Positions 9,106 through 18,907 of a DNA stretch of 64,000 nt are shown piece by piece (within the stretch, counting starts at the first letter, position 1; each line of letters begins with the position of its first letter). The notes beneath the pieces were generated by a model. That model searched no databases, had not been told where the DNA came from, and saw only the letters and a list, made by a program, of their open reading frames with translations. The stretch comes from Spirochaetota bacterium (GTDB taxonomy: Bacteria > Spirochaetota > UBA4802 > UBA5550), in the NCBI GenBank assembly GCA_963663865.1, contig OY760686.1, positions 192,001 through 256,000 of the forward strand. The letters run 5' to 3'. A program made the translations under genes and the position numbers.

Positions 9106-10776
9106 TCATGAGAATCTGCGGGCGATTGCATCTGCTGCCCGAATTCCGTCTGTCGCGGAACTTACAATTCCGCCCGCGTACCCGGAGCCTTCTCCTGCCG
9201 GATAGAGCCCTGAGATCGAACATGACTCCAGGGCTTCGTTTCTTACAACCCTTACGGGCGAGGATGTACGTGTCTCCGCTCCAATCAGTACAGCCTCGCT
9301 GCTTATGAATCCGCGCATTTTCCTGTTAAAAGCCGTAAGCGCCATTTTCAGCTCAGCGGCCATCCATTTCGGCAGAAAAGTCATTTCCGATTCAGCGGTT
9401 CCAGGCCTGTACGTGTTTTCCGGCAGCCCTGCGCCGTACTTGCCTGACAGAAAGCTGCTGACCCTCGCCGCGGGGGCCCTGTAATTGCCGCCCCCCTGAT
9501 TGTATGCCTCAGTCTCTATTTTCCTTTGCAGCTCAATCCCGGCCAGAACATCATCCCCCAGATCTTCAGGATGGACTGTGACCACAATGGCCGAGTTGGA
9601 ATATTCGCCGGCCCTGTCAGAAAAGCTCATGCCGTTGACACAGAGCATCCTGTTCTCCGACGAGGAGTTTATGACTCTGCCGCCCGGGCACATGCAGAAC
9701 GAGTACACTCCCCTGCCGCTTTTCACGTTTCTATATGTCAGAGAGTATTCGGCGGGCGGCAATATATTCCTGTAAGAGCTGCGCCCGTACTGTATGTCAC
9801 GAATGAGCTCAGCGGGATGCTCAATCCTCACACCGGCAGCAAACCCTTTCTTTTCAAGACGCACATTCAGCTTCCGCAGCATTGCGAAAACATCTCTCGC
9901 TGAATGTCCTGCCGCCAGAACAACGCTCTCTGCCTTAATCTCAGCTCCGGACGACAACCTTACTCCACGGACAGCTCCATTACAGACAAGAATATCATCC
10001 ACCCTTGAATTAAAATGAATCTCAGAGCCGGAATCAACAATGTGAGTTCTTATACGCTGTACTATTTGTGAAAGAACATCGGTTCCGATATGGGGCTTTG
10101 CCTCATACGCGATTGAAGAAGGGGCGCCGAACTGAATCATCCTGCTGAAAAACCATGCGCTCTCGGTACGCCGTGCCCTCGCTGTCAGCTTCCCGTCTGA
10201 GTAAGTTCCGGCACCGCCTTCTCCAAAAAGAACATTGCTTTCGGTGTTTAATATGCCGCCGCTCTCAAGCTGCCTGATATCAAGACTCCTCTCTTCAACC
10301 GGCCTGCCTCTTTCAAACACTATGACTTTCAGCCCGGCTTCAATGAGGCGCAAAGCGCAGAAGAGTCCCGCGGGCCCCGCTCCGACAACAACTACAGGCG
10401 CACGGCTCGCCGCTTTCGGAGCTTCGGAAAGCTCCTCCTCTGCAGCCGGTTCCACACCGGCAGTACCGGGTTTATAATCCGACTCTTTCATTTCGACAGT
10501 CACTGTGCAGACATAGTGTATATCGCCTTTGTCGCGGGCGTCGAGTGACTTCCTGATCATTTTCAGATTCGAGAACCATGCCCCGTCAAGACGCTCTCTT
10601 ACTGTATTCCGTATTTCTTCCTCTCCCTTATCGGGCGGAAGCTTTAATCCGGACAACTTAACTAACATTGATGCCCACCTTTCTATCAGACCTGGGGCAT
10701 GCCCCGGTCTGGATATCATATTTGAGAGCCGCCCGATATCAATCACAATTATTCGGATATCTTCTCTCAGTTCCAC
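9106..10776 (-). CDS. NAD(P)/FAD-dependent oxidoreductase (HI0933-like, ~550 aa family)
   Basis: VVVVGAGPAG, FGEGGAGTYSDGKL, SFCMCPGG, ETRTSSP, GEGSGYAGGIVSSATDG. Confidence 0.85.
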   Translation of the reverse strand: MELREDIRIIVIDIGRLSNMISRPGHAPGLIERWASMLVKLSGLKLPPDKGEEEIRNTVRERLDGAWFSNLKMIRKSLDARDKGDIHYVCTVTVEMKESDYKPGTAGVEPAAEEELSEAPKAASRAPVVVVGAGPAGLFCALRLIEAGLKVIVFERGRPVEERSLDIRQLESGGILNTESNVLFGEGGAGTYSDGKLTARARRTESAWFFSRMIQFGAPSSIAYEAKPHIGTDVLSQIVQRIRTHIVDSGSEIHFNSRVDDILVCNGAVRGVRLSSGAEIKAESVVLAAGHSARDVFAMLRKLNVRLEKKGFAAGVRIEHPAELIRDIQYGRSSYRNILPPAEYSLTYRNVKSGRGVYSFCMCPGGRVINSSSENRMLCVNGMSFSDRAGEYSNSAIVVTVHPEDLGDDVLAGIELQRKIETEAYNQGGGNYRAPAARVSSFLSGKYGAGLPENTYRPGTAESEMTFLPKWMAAELKMALTAFNRKMRGFISSEAVLIGAETRTSSPVRVVRNEALESCSISGLYPAGEGSGYAGGIVSSATDGIRAADAIARRFS

Positions 10777-10962
10777 GGTTAAATATTGACAAATCCCCGA
10801 CTAATATCGTAGAAATTAAGTATAGATGGTTTACATATTATCAGCATTTTTCTTTCTGCCTGTAGTTCGATAATCGATTTGCAGGATCGGACATTACGGC
10901 GGAATTATTACTGGACAAAAATATCCTGTATTAGATTTAGGAAGTTCAACTGGAGGCAAAAA

Positions 10963-11493
10963 ATGAAACAAATTGGAATAATACTTGGAAGCGATTCAGA
11001 CCTTCCTAAAATTAAAAACTGCTTCACTATACTCGAAGAGTTCGGTGTGGAGTTTGATCTTATAGTATCGTCTGCGCACAGAACACCTGAAAAGACGGTC
11101 GAATGGGTATCATCGGCAAGGGAGCGAGGCCTGAAGGTAATAATCGCCGGAGCAGGCGGAGCCGCCCATCTTCCGGGTGTTGTAGCGGCACACACGACAT
11201 TGCCGGTCCTCGGAATACCGATTGAGACCAAAATTGCTGGAGGCCTTGACTCAATGCTCTCCATCATTCAGATGCCAGCGGGGATTCCAGTAGCAGCCAT
11301 GCCCGCTGGGAGCGCCGGAGGCGCAAACGCGGCCCTTTTCGCCCTCAGCATCCTCTCCGTTGCCGACAGCGGAATCGCCGAAAAGCTTTCACGTTACAGG
11401 AAGTCCATGGCAGAAAAGATAGCAGCAAAAAACGACGAGCTCAACAGCCTTGGTTACAAAGAATATATAAGCAGATTAGAAGGCGGAAAATGA
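10963..11493 (+). CDS. purE: N5-CAIR mutase
   Basis: ILGSDSD, SAHRTP, IAGAGGAAHLPGVVAA, QMPAGIPVA; RBS GGAGG. Confidence 0.96.
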   Translation: MKQIGIILGSDSDLPKIKNCFTILEEFGVEFDLIVSSAHRTPEKTVEWVSSARERGLKVIIAGAGGAAHLPGVVAAHTTLPVLGIPIETKIAGGLDSMLSIIQMPAGIPVAAMPAGSAGGANAALFALSILSVADSGIAEKLSRYRKSMAEKIAAKNDELNSLGYKEYISRLEGGK

Positions 11494-13055
11494 TAGAACA
11501 TAATATCGATATACCTTCAGAGCGCATAATCATACTTGATTTCGGTTCTCAGTACACCCAGCTTATAGCGAGACGTATTCGCGAAGAGAAGGTCTATGCT
11601 GAAATAGTCCCGTTCAACCATCCGGTCGCGGAGATCAGAAAGGAAAAGCCAGCCGGGATCATTCTGTCAGGCGGACCGTCCTCAATTTATGAGAGCGGAG
11701 CCCCTCAGGTCTCTGATGAGATTTTCAATCTCGGTGTTCCGGTGCTCGGAATATGCTACGGTCTATACGTTGTCGTAAACAACTTCAAGGGCTCAATTGA
11801 AAAGGCCGCTTCGAGAGAATACGGCCCGGCAACCATCTCAATAACAGGTTCATCCCCCCTGTTCAAAGGGCTTAAAATGAAGGAAAAGGTCTGGATGAGC
11901 CATGGGGACAAGGTAACAAAGCTCCCGTCCGGATTTAACATCGCGGGGGCCTCCGGCAACGCCGAAATAGCCGCGATTGAAAATGAGAAAAAAAAGGTAT
12001 ACGGTGTTCAGTTCCATCCGGAAGTCCATCACACTACTAATGGGAAGAAACTGCTGAAAAACTTCGTTTTCAACATCTGCGGCCTGAAGCCTACCTGGAC
12101 CATGAAGTCTTTTATAGACTCTTCAGTTGAATCCATCAGGAAAGAGGTAGGCGGCGGGACAGTGCTTCTGGGACTGTCCGGCGGAGTTGATTCCTCAGTA
12201 ACGGCCATGCTCCTCCAGAAGGCCATCGGGGACAGGCTCTACTGTGTTTTTGTAAACAACGGCGTTCTCCGCAAAGACGAGGCCCGTCAGGTCGTAGACC
12301 GCTACTCAAAGCACATGAAGCTCAATCTGATTTACGTTGACGCGTCTGCGAGGTTTCTTAAAAAACTGCGCCGCGTACAGAACCCTGAGAAGAAGCGGCG
12401 TATAATAGGCAGGGAGTTCATCAAGGTATTCATGGAAGAAGCGGGCAAAATGGGACGCTTTGACTTTTTGGCGCAGGGAACGCTATATCCGGATGTCATC
12501 GAGTCGGTTTCAACCAAGGGCCCGTCTGAAACAATAAAGAGCCATCACAACAGGGTCCCCGAGGTCATGAAGCTCATCAGCACCGGAAAGGTCATTGAGC
12601 CGCTCAAAGAGCTGTTCAAAGACGAAGTCCGGGAGCTTGGGAAAACCATGGGCATGCCCGAAGAGCTCATCCGCCGTCAGCCCTTCCCCGGCCCCGGCCT
12701 GGCTATAAGGATTATCGGCGATGTAACCGCAGAAAGAGTGCGGATTCTTCAGGAGGCCGACGACATTGTTGTAAGCGAGATAAAGAAGGAGGGACTCTAC
12801 AACGAGCTCTGGCAGGTATTCGCCGTATTCCTTCCAGTAAAGTCAGTCGGCGTAATGGGAGACCAGAGGACCTATGAGAACGTCATAGCAGTCAGGGCCG
12901 TAACCTCAGTCGACGCCATGACGGCAGACTGGGCCTATTTGCCCGAGGAGCTGCTTCGCCGGATTTCGAACCGCATAATTAATGAGATCAAAGGAGTTAA
13001 CAGGGTCGTGCTCGACATTTCATCGAAGCCGCCTTCAACGATTGAGTGGGAATAA
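11490..13055 (+). CDS. guaA: GMP synthase (glutamine-hydrolysing)
   Basis: LDFGSQYTQLIARR, GICYG, QFHPEV, LSGGVDS, QGTLYPDVIES, KPPSTIEWE. Confidence 0.98.
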   Translation: MIEHNIDIPSERIIILDFGSQYTQLIARRIREEKVYAEIVPFNHPVAEIRKEKPAGIILSGGPSSIYESGAPQVSDEIFNLGVPVLGICYGLYVVVNNFKGSIEKAASREYGPATISITGSSPLFKGLKMKEKVWMSHGDKVTKLPSGFNIAGASGNAEIAAIENEKKKVYGVQFHPEVHHTTNGKKLLKNFVFNICGLKPTWTMKSFIDSSVESIRKEVGGGTVLLGLSGGVDSSVTAMLLQKAIGDRLYCVFVNNGVLRKDEARQVVDRYSKHMKLNLIYVDASARFLKKLRRVQNPEKKRRIIGREFIKVFMEEAGKMGRFDFLAQGTLYPDVIESVSTKGPSETIKSHHNRVPEVMKLISTGKVIEPLKELFKDEVRELGKTMGMPEELIRRQPFPGPGLAIRIIGDVTAERVRILQEADDIVVSEIKKEGLYNELWQVFAVFLPVKSVGVMGDQRTYENVIAVRAVTSVDAMTADWAYLPEELLRRISNRIINEIKGVNRVVLDISSKPPSTIEWE

Positions 13056-13062
13056 AGATTTA

Positions 13063-13614
13063 ATGTTTCGGAATGTGATTATATCATTTCCGCTAACATG
13101 TCTTCTCGTATTTTCATGCTCTGGGAGTCGGGATAACATCAAACCCATGCCGCAGGGGCCTTACTGGGAAAAGTGCCCTCTCTGCAAAGGGACCGGCCGG
13201 GTTACGGAAACAAAAACTGTTCCGGATGCAGGTGACTACGATCTCGAAAAGGAAACCAGTCCTGTCGCAGAGGCAATCTCTCAGGCTTGCTGCCTGCTCT
13301 GGTTTCTCGCCGCTCTCGGGGAGCCCGATGAAAAGAATGACGAAAACATCTTCAAACAGGCCCGGAAGGACAAACACGGCATGCTCAATCCCGACGACAA
13401 GTTTTACCCCATGAGCGGCACGGACTACAATCTGTATAAATCGTCGGCGGTACCGCCGAGGTCCTCATCGACAAAGAAGGTCAGGTGCCCATGCTGCAAC
13501 GGGACAGGCTGGGTTGACAACAGCCCGCCCCGTACTCCGCTAATCTTCGACAGAAAGGCCAGAGGCAGCTCAATCTCAGTACCGGAAAGTCTTTTTTTTC
13601 AAAACGGACATTGA
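13063..13614 (+). CDS. Hypothetical lipoprotein with two DnaJ-type CxxCxGxG motifs
   Basis: Lipobox VFSC; CPLCKGTG and CPCCNGTG. Confidence 0.55.
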   Translation: MFRNVIISFPLTCLLVFSCSGSRDNIKPMPQGPYWEKCPLCKGTGRVTETKTVPDAGDYDLEKETSPVAEAISQACCLLWFLAALGEPDEKNDENIFKQARKDKHGMLNPDDKFYPMSGTDYNLYKSSAVPPRSSSTKKVRCPCCNGTGWVDNSPPRTPLIFDRKARGSSISVPESLFFQNGH

Positions 13615-13685
13615 TTTTTTTGGCGGGGGGATAATGACCTTCCGCCTCCTCATTGCCCGCCGCTTACCCGGCCCTTCTGTTCAGT

Positions 13686-14900
13686 TTACAGGCAGGTTGA
13701 CTTGTGGCACGAGTCATCATCGTCTTCACCGGGCTTTTTTTTGCCCTGCATCGTTCCAATCATCATTACAATTATACAGATGAATATCACCTGTATAATA
13801 AGCGGCCTGTTGACGGTCTCCATCGCGTATTGTGCAGGAAGCGACACAAACAGCAGTACAGTGATAAGCCCCCTTGGCGCGACAAACAGGAAGGGATAAA
13901 CCGGTATCCTCAGCGCCTTGAGCGATATCCACCTTATTAGGAACATGAGGGCGGAAAGGCCGAAAGCCCATATAAGAGTTGATGTATTGAACAGCTCTGA
14001 AACATCAATTATGTAGCCGAACATAATAAAGAAAAGTGTCCTTATGATGAAAGTACCCTCGACTACGATTTCCCTGAAGCGCTCAGTTTCGGCCTCTATC
14101 AGATCAGGCCTGAAATATCGGAGCATCTTCATCTTCTTCAGACTTCCGATATTCCCAAGAAAAAGGCCAAGCAGCAGAATGTAAATCAGAGCGGGCAGGT
14201 GTATCTCCTTAAACAGAGTATATGTCAGAATAATGAGCACCATCATCGGGATGTACTTTATATGGTGCTCAATCCTTCGGAGAAATAGCATGAGCATGAG
14301 GGCCGCTATCGGCGACAGCAGAATAACCGCTATGACCTGAAGGCTGAAGTCACCAAATCCGGCAAGTCCAGAGGCAGAATTTACGAGGAGATAGTTGAAG
14401 AACACTACTCCGAGAATATCCGAAAAGCTGGTCTCATAGGTCACGAATTCCCTTTCAACCCTCTTCAGGTTTTTAACGCTCGGAATGGCCACCGCACTGC
14501 TGATTACCGCAAGAGGAATCGCGTTAAGCAGCGAGGTTCTCAGGTCGTAGGCCGCGTTGTAATTAAGTATTACCGCGGCGGCGGCGCAAAAAAGAGCCAT
14601 AGGCAGTACTGCCTGAAGAAACGACTTCTTTACGAGAGTAAGCCTGTTTCGATTAATCTCCAGGTCCATTGCCCCTTCAAGAACGATAAGTATAAGGCCT
14701 ACCGTTCCCGTAACGGGAAGTATATTGGTCAAATCTATCGTCTGAAACCCGAAAAAGACCGTGAGGTGCTTAAACAGAATACCAAGGGCAAGAAGAAGAA
14801 TAACCGAAGGTATTCTCGTCTTTGAAGCCGTCAGATCAAAAAAATACGCGGCAAGCAAAAGTACGCAAAGCGCAATAATTATCGCTGAAGTCATTATCAA
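13686..14900 (-). CDS. Cation:proton antiporter (CPA family)
   Basis: About 12 hydrophobic segments; IPSVILLL, ISSAVAIP, YETSFSDILG, APRGLIT. Confidence 0.8.
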   Translation of the reverse strand: MIMTSAIIIALCVLLLAAYFFDLTASKTRIPSVILLLALGILFKHLTVFFGFQTIDLTNILPVTGTVGLILIVLEGAMDLEINRNRLTLVKKSFLQAVLPMALFCAAAAVILNYNAAYDLRTSLLNAIPLAVISSAVAIPSVKNLKRVEREFVTYETSFSDILGVVFFNYLLVNSASGLAGFGDFSLQVIAVILLSPIAALMLMLFLRRIEHHIKYIPMMVLIILTYTLFKEIHLPALIYILLLGLFLGNIGSLKKMKMLRYFRPDLIEAETERFREIVVEGTFIIRTLFFIMFGYIIDVSELFNTSTLIWAFGLSALMFLIRWISLKALRIPVYPFLFVAPRGLITVLLFVSLPAQYAMETVNRPLIIQVIFICIIVMMIGTMQGKKKPGEDDDDSCHKSTCL

Positions 14901-15988
14901 CCATTTCTTCTTTCAGAATCAATACTGCGAATCATATCTACAACCTTTCTGACATCCTGCGCCCGGTCCTTTGACATCACGAGTATCTCACCGCCGGCCT
15001 CAACAACCGTCACATTTTCAAGTCCGAGAACTGTGATCCTCGACGACTCGGAAAACACCGAACAGTCCGACGAATCCACAAACAGGGCCTTTCCCGGCTC
15101 CGGTGAACGGTTCCCGCCGGAGTCTCCCTCAAGAATGCTGTCAATTGACGGCCAGCTCCCAAGGTCGGTCCATCCAAAATCAGCGGGAACAAGCGACCGG
15201 TCAGCCGCCTTTTCAAGAATCCCATAGTCAATTGAGATTGATTCTATTGAGCTGAATATTTCCTTTTTCAGTTCGGCTGAGGGGCCTGATACGGCCTTAA
15301 TCTCCTCACGCCCGAGCTCCATCAATCCCCTGAATCTGTCCATGTGCCCGGGCATGAGCTCCTCAAAGTGTTTGAGTATTGTCGAGACCTTCCAGACGAA
15401 TATGCCGCTGTTCCAGAAAAAGCTGCCTGATGCAACATACTCACGGGCCTTCACAATATCAGGCTTCTCGACAAAGCGTTCAACCGGAAGAACCGAGCCG
15501 CTGCTTCCTTCATTTGCCTTTATGTATCCGAATCCAGTATCCGGATACGCGGGTTTCAGCCCTATCGTGACAAGCCCGCCCTTCTCAGCCTCAGCAACAG
15601 CTGTTTTCAGCGCGCCGGCATACGATTCTCTGTTACGTATATAGTGGTCTGCCGGCAAAACGACCATTACAGCGTCATCCTCAAACGAGTTGATGTACAC
15701 TGCAGCGTACAGGACGGCGGCAGCTGTGTTCTTCGGCTGCGGCTCGCAGAGTACCGAGCCTTCAATACCGTTTTTTTTGAGCTCATCCTCAGTGATGCTT
15801 CCATGCTTCTCTGAGGTTACAACCACTGTGTGTTCAGGATTAAGCGGCTGAAGCCTCCTTACTGTTTCAGCGAGAAGCGAACCTTCTCCGGAGAGGTTGT
15901 GAAACTGCTTCGGCTTATCATCACGGCTCATCGGCCAGAGACGTGTGCCGGCCCCGCCGGCCATTATGACAGGAATTGTCTTCATCAT
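14897..15988 (-). CDS. manC: Mannose-1-phosphate guanylyltransferase
   Basis: MAGGAGTRLWPMSR..PKQF, EPQPKNTA, PADHYI, FVEKP, WNSGIF, SIDYGILEK, WTDLGSW. Confidence 0.93.
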   Translation of the reverse strand: MMKTIPVIMAGGAGTRLWPMSRDDKPKQFHNLSGEGSLLAETVRRLQPLNPEHTVVVTSEKHGSITEDELKKNGIEGSVLCEPQPKNTAAAVLYAAVYINSFEDDAVMVVLPADHYIRNRESYAGALKTAVAEAEKGGLVTIGLKPAYPDTGFGYIKANEGSSGSVLPVERFVEKPDIVKAREYVASGSFFWNSGIFVWKVSTILKHFEELMPGHMDRFRGLMELGREEIKAVSGPSAELKKEIFSSIESISIDYGILEKAADRSLVPADFGWTDLGSWPSIDSILEGDSGGNRSPEPGKALFVDSSDCSVFSESSRITVLGLENVTVVEAGGEILVMSKDRAQDVRKVVDMIRSIDSERRNG

Positions 15989-16956
15989 AAGCTGAAATCC
16001 CCCGACTCGTTAAACAGGAGCTTAAGCGGTTCCTTCTTGATTGAAGCGGGAAACTGTACCTGTGATTCGCCCTTCAGCCGGTAGCTGCCCTTGCCTTTTT
16101 TAAACGCGCTCAGAACTGACTTTGTCATGGAAAGAGTGCTGAACTCGCTTCTGACAGTAAGAACCGAGACACCGGCCTTTCTGCTTATCTCTTTAGTCGT
16201 CCCGTTGATAAGCTTTGTGCCGTTGACATCGAAATTGTAGTTAAGACTTTTAAAGTTGAACTCTGCCGCCGTGTCGTTTTTCATCTCGATATTGAACATC
16301 ACACTGAGCTTCAGATCGAGATCGTCAGGACTTATAACCTTCTTCGGCGTTTTCCCGGATATGATGTCGCTAAACATGCCCCTGATTTTTGAGGGACTCA
16401 CAGCCTTCTCTCCGGCCTCTTTCAATGCCTGTGCTATTTCCTTCTCGCTCGGAAGGTTCACCTTGAAGCCCGTAATTTTAATCGAGGGCCTGATAACTGG
16501 AATACGCTTTGTGAGCCTGTAATCAAAGCTCACTTTGTCTGAGAGCCCCGGTATTTTCGGAAGCGGTATGGTTATTTTCGTGTCAACCTGGCACAACAGG
16601 CTGTCTTTTTTCGTGTAATCTTTGACTATACCCGCGATATCAGAATACGACATGACGAGCCTCAGCGGTGTTCGTGCCGTGCCGCGTGATTTGACTTCGA
16701 GCCCCTTCGCTGCTGAGGTCTTCAGAAGGGGCTTATTCTCAAGAGACACATCGAATGCAACCGAATCAAGCTTCAGCGAAACCGGATACGGGTTGGATAT
16801 CTCTACGTCAAAAAGGAGTGTAATATCCTTCATGGATATGGATTCAATGTCAAAGGATGCAATTCTTGCGCTGGGCTTCTGTGTCAGTTTAAGCGACTGA
16901 CAGGATATGCCTCCAAAAACAAGAACAAGCGCCGGCAGTAACACAAGTTTTTTCAT
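15985..16956 (-). CDS. Lipoprotein with two LEA type 2 (WHy) domains
   Basis: Lipobox GISC; FDVEISNPYPVSL and FNIEMKNDT...YNFDVNG. Confidence 0.7.
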   Translation of the reverse strand: MKKLVLLPALVLVFGGISCQSLKLTQKPSARIASFDIESISMKDITLLFDVEISNPYPVSLKLDSVAFDVSLENKPLLKTSAAKGLEVKSRGTARTPLRLVMSYSDIAGIVKDYTKKDSLLCQVDTKITIPLPKIPGLSDKVSFDYRLTKRIPVIRPSIKITGFKVNLPSEKEIAQALKEAGEKAVSPSKIRGMFSDIISGKTPKKVISPDDLDLKLSVMFNIEMKNDTAAEFNFKSLNYNFDVNGTKLINGTTKEISRKAGVSVLTVRSEFSTLSMTKSVLSAFKKGKGSYRLKGESQVQFPASIKKEPLKLLFNESGDFSL

Positions 16957-17123
16957 CTGCTGTCTCCACTTATTAGTTATGATTCAGGTCTGTAATTTTG
17001 CGTGGTTAACAGGGTTTTCTGGTGCGCCATTAGAGCCGCAGCTTTCATCCCCCCGCGATAAATACGCATGCGAAGAACATAACGAAACAGCCGTAAAAGC
17101 GTCAAGAATAATCAGTCAGCCCG

Positions 17124-18389
17124 TCAATTGTTCAGAGCGGCCCGCAGAATATCATCCCTGCTTATCATGCCGCGGAAAAAACCGACTGAGTCAACAACAG
17201 GTATGCGTTTCATTGAATGTGAAGCCATTGTCTGAACAGCCGTCTCAACAGTCTCATCGGGGGAAATCACTATAGCGTCTTTTATCATAACATCCGAGGC
17301 CCTTTTGCCCATCAGCGCTGAATCAGGCGACAGACTCCCCTGAAGGCCCCTCTTGCTGAAATACCGCCTGATGCCGCTGTTTCTGTCAGAGAATACCCCG
17401 ATGAGGCTCCTGTCAGTTATCAGCCCGAGGAAGTGGCCATTATTGTCAGTGACAGCAACCCTCTGTGCCGAGTCTTCCGACATTATTCTCAGAACGGTTT
17501 CAACCGGGGTATCGGGCCTTGCAGTTCTCTGACTTTTAAGCATAATGTCGCCGACCCTGCAGCCCGGCTTTGCCGTAATTCCATCGCCCTCTAAAAGTTT
17601 GAAGCTGCCCGACTCCGAATTCACGGAGCAGATAATGTCGTATCGGGAAAGCATTCCGCTCACCCTTCCATCGGAAGACGTCACCGGCAGACGCTTGAGT
17701 CCAGACCTCAGCATAATATCTACCGCGCTTCCAAGCCTTATATTCTCATCTACGCATATTGGCGGGCTGCTCATTACCTCCTCAGCGGTCTTCTTCTCGA
17801 CAAAGCCCGCGGCGCCACCATTCTGAAGACTTTCGATCTCAGCGAGAAGCCCAAGCCTGACAGGCATACCGGCCCTGACAATTAAATCGGACTGTGTAAT
17901 TATACCGAGAGGGAAGCCCTTTTTGTCGACGACGGGAACTCCGTTAAACGGGGAATTAAGAAGAAGTTCAAGCACATCAGAGGCCTCTGCTTCGGGAGTA
18001 ACTGTTACGGGATTTCCGGTCATGACATCCCTCACCAGCATTCTTCGCGGAATAAGCCTGCTGTCTGCGCGGTGAGAGACCACATTGAGCTCTCTTACAG
18101 ACACAATGCCGTCTGACACTATCGAAGCAAGCTGCTCCACAAGACTTTCAGTGCTGCCGGAAGGTATTATTATCTCAATTTTCAGGGGCATGTTGTGAGA
18201 CAACACCTCAAGCCTTCCAGCTGATGCCTCGCCGTTTTCGTAGAGGGCAGCGCTCCCGGTATAGACTGTACATCTGCCGGCTGATCCGAGCTCCCTCACC
18301 CTTTTCATAATGACATCCTGCAGAGGCTGTCCCTCAACGCGGGCCTCCTGCGACGAGAAAACCTCAATCATGGTATAGGACAAGGGCAT
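17124..18389 (-). CDS. DUF190 (PII-like) plus multiple CBS-domain protein
   Basis: N-terminal LSHNMPLKIEII; four CBS-like repeats (VRDVMT, EEVMS, VGDIM, ASDVMI); RBS GAGGTG before MPLSY. Confidence 0.8.
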   Translation of the reverse strand: MPLSYTMIEVFSSQEARVEGQPLQDVIMKRVRELGSAGRCTVYTGSAALYENGEASAGRLEVLSHNMPLKIEIIIPSGSTESLVEQLASIVSDGIVSVRELNVVSHRADSRLIPRRMLVRDVMTGNPVTVTPEAEASDVLELLLNSPFNGVPVVDKKGFPLGIITQSDLIVRAGMPVRLGLLAEIESLQNGGAAGFVEKKTAEEVMSSPPICVDENIRLGSAVDIMLRSGLKRLPVTSSDGRVSGMLSRYDIICSVNSESGSFKLLEGDGITAKPGCRVGDIMLKSQRTARPDTPVETVLRIMSEDSAQRVAVTDNNGHFLGLITDRSLIGVFSDRNSGIRRYFSKRGLQGSLSPDSALMGKRASDVMIKDAIVISPDETVETAVQTMASHSMKRIPVVDSVGFFRGMISRDDILRAALNN

Positions 18390-18402
18390 ATCACCACCTC
18401 GG

Positions 18403-18777
18403 TCAGATGTATTTCCCCGCGGCGTGCCCGGCAATGACAAGGGCAATGCCGGCGCCGTTGTTAAGCAGAATATTGACAAGGGCGGAAAGATGAACCCCCC
18501 CGCCTCCGGGATTTGCTGTTTCAAGCGCAAATGTTGAGAATGTGGTCAAAGCGCCCAGATATCCGGTTATGAAGAACATTCTGAATGCAGGACTCAACAT
18601 GCCCCGTTCAACTCCCAGAGAGAACAGGAACCCAATCAGAAAGCATCCGGCAAGATTCACTGCAAGCGTCCCGTACGGGAAGGCCGTTCCAAGCAGTCTT
18701 GCCGCCGCCATGGAAACGCCGTAGCGTGAAACGGCACCCAGTCCGCCTCCGATGAAAATCAGCGCCAATCTTTCCAA
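18403..18777 (-). CDS. crcB: Fluoride efflux channel FluC/CrcB
   Basis: GGGLGAVSRY, FPYGTLAVNLAGCFLIG, TGYLGALTTFSTF. Confidence 0.95.
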   Translation of the reverse strand: MERLALIFIGGGLGAVSRYGVSMAAARLLGTAFPYGTLAVNLAGCFLIGFLFSLGVERGMLSPAFRMFFITGYLGALTTFSTFALETANPGGGGVHLSALVNILLNNGAGIALVIAGHAAGKYI

Positions 18778-18907
18778 ACTCGCAACCTTCCGTGTTTTTC
18801 AGCTACCTGCCATGTACAAATAGCCAGGCACTCTAAAACAGCACTGTCAGCGTCAAAGCGCAAGCTTTTTTTAAGAGCATCGCCTTCGCGGTAAACTCAC
18901 TGCCAAT

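Noticed and set aside
18778-18907. Fluoride riboswitch upstream of crcB
   Set aside because: Only scattered words (GGCGATG, ACCGC); P1 pairing and the GCTRATGAC motif were not found
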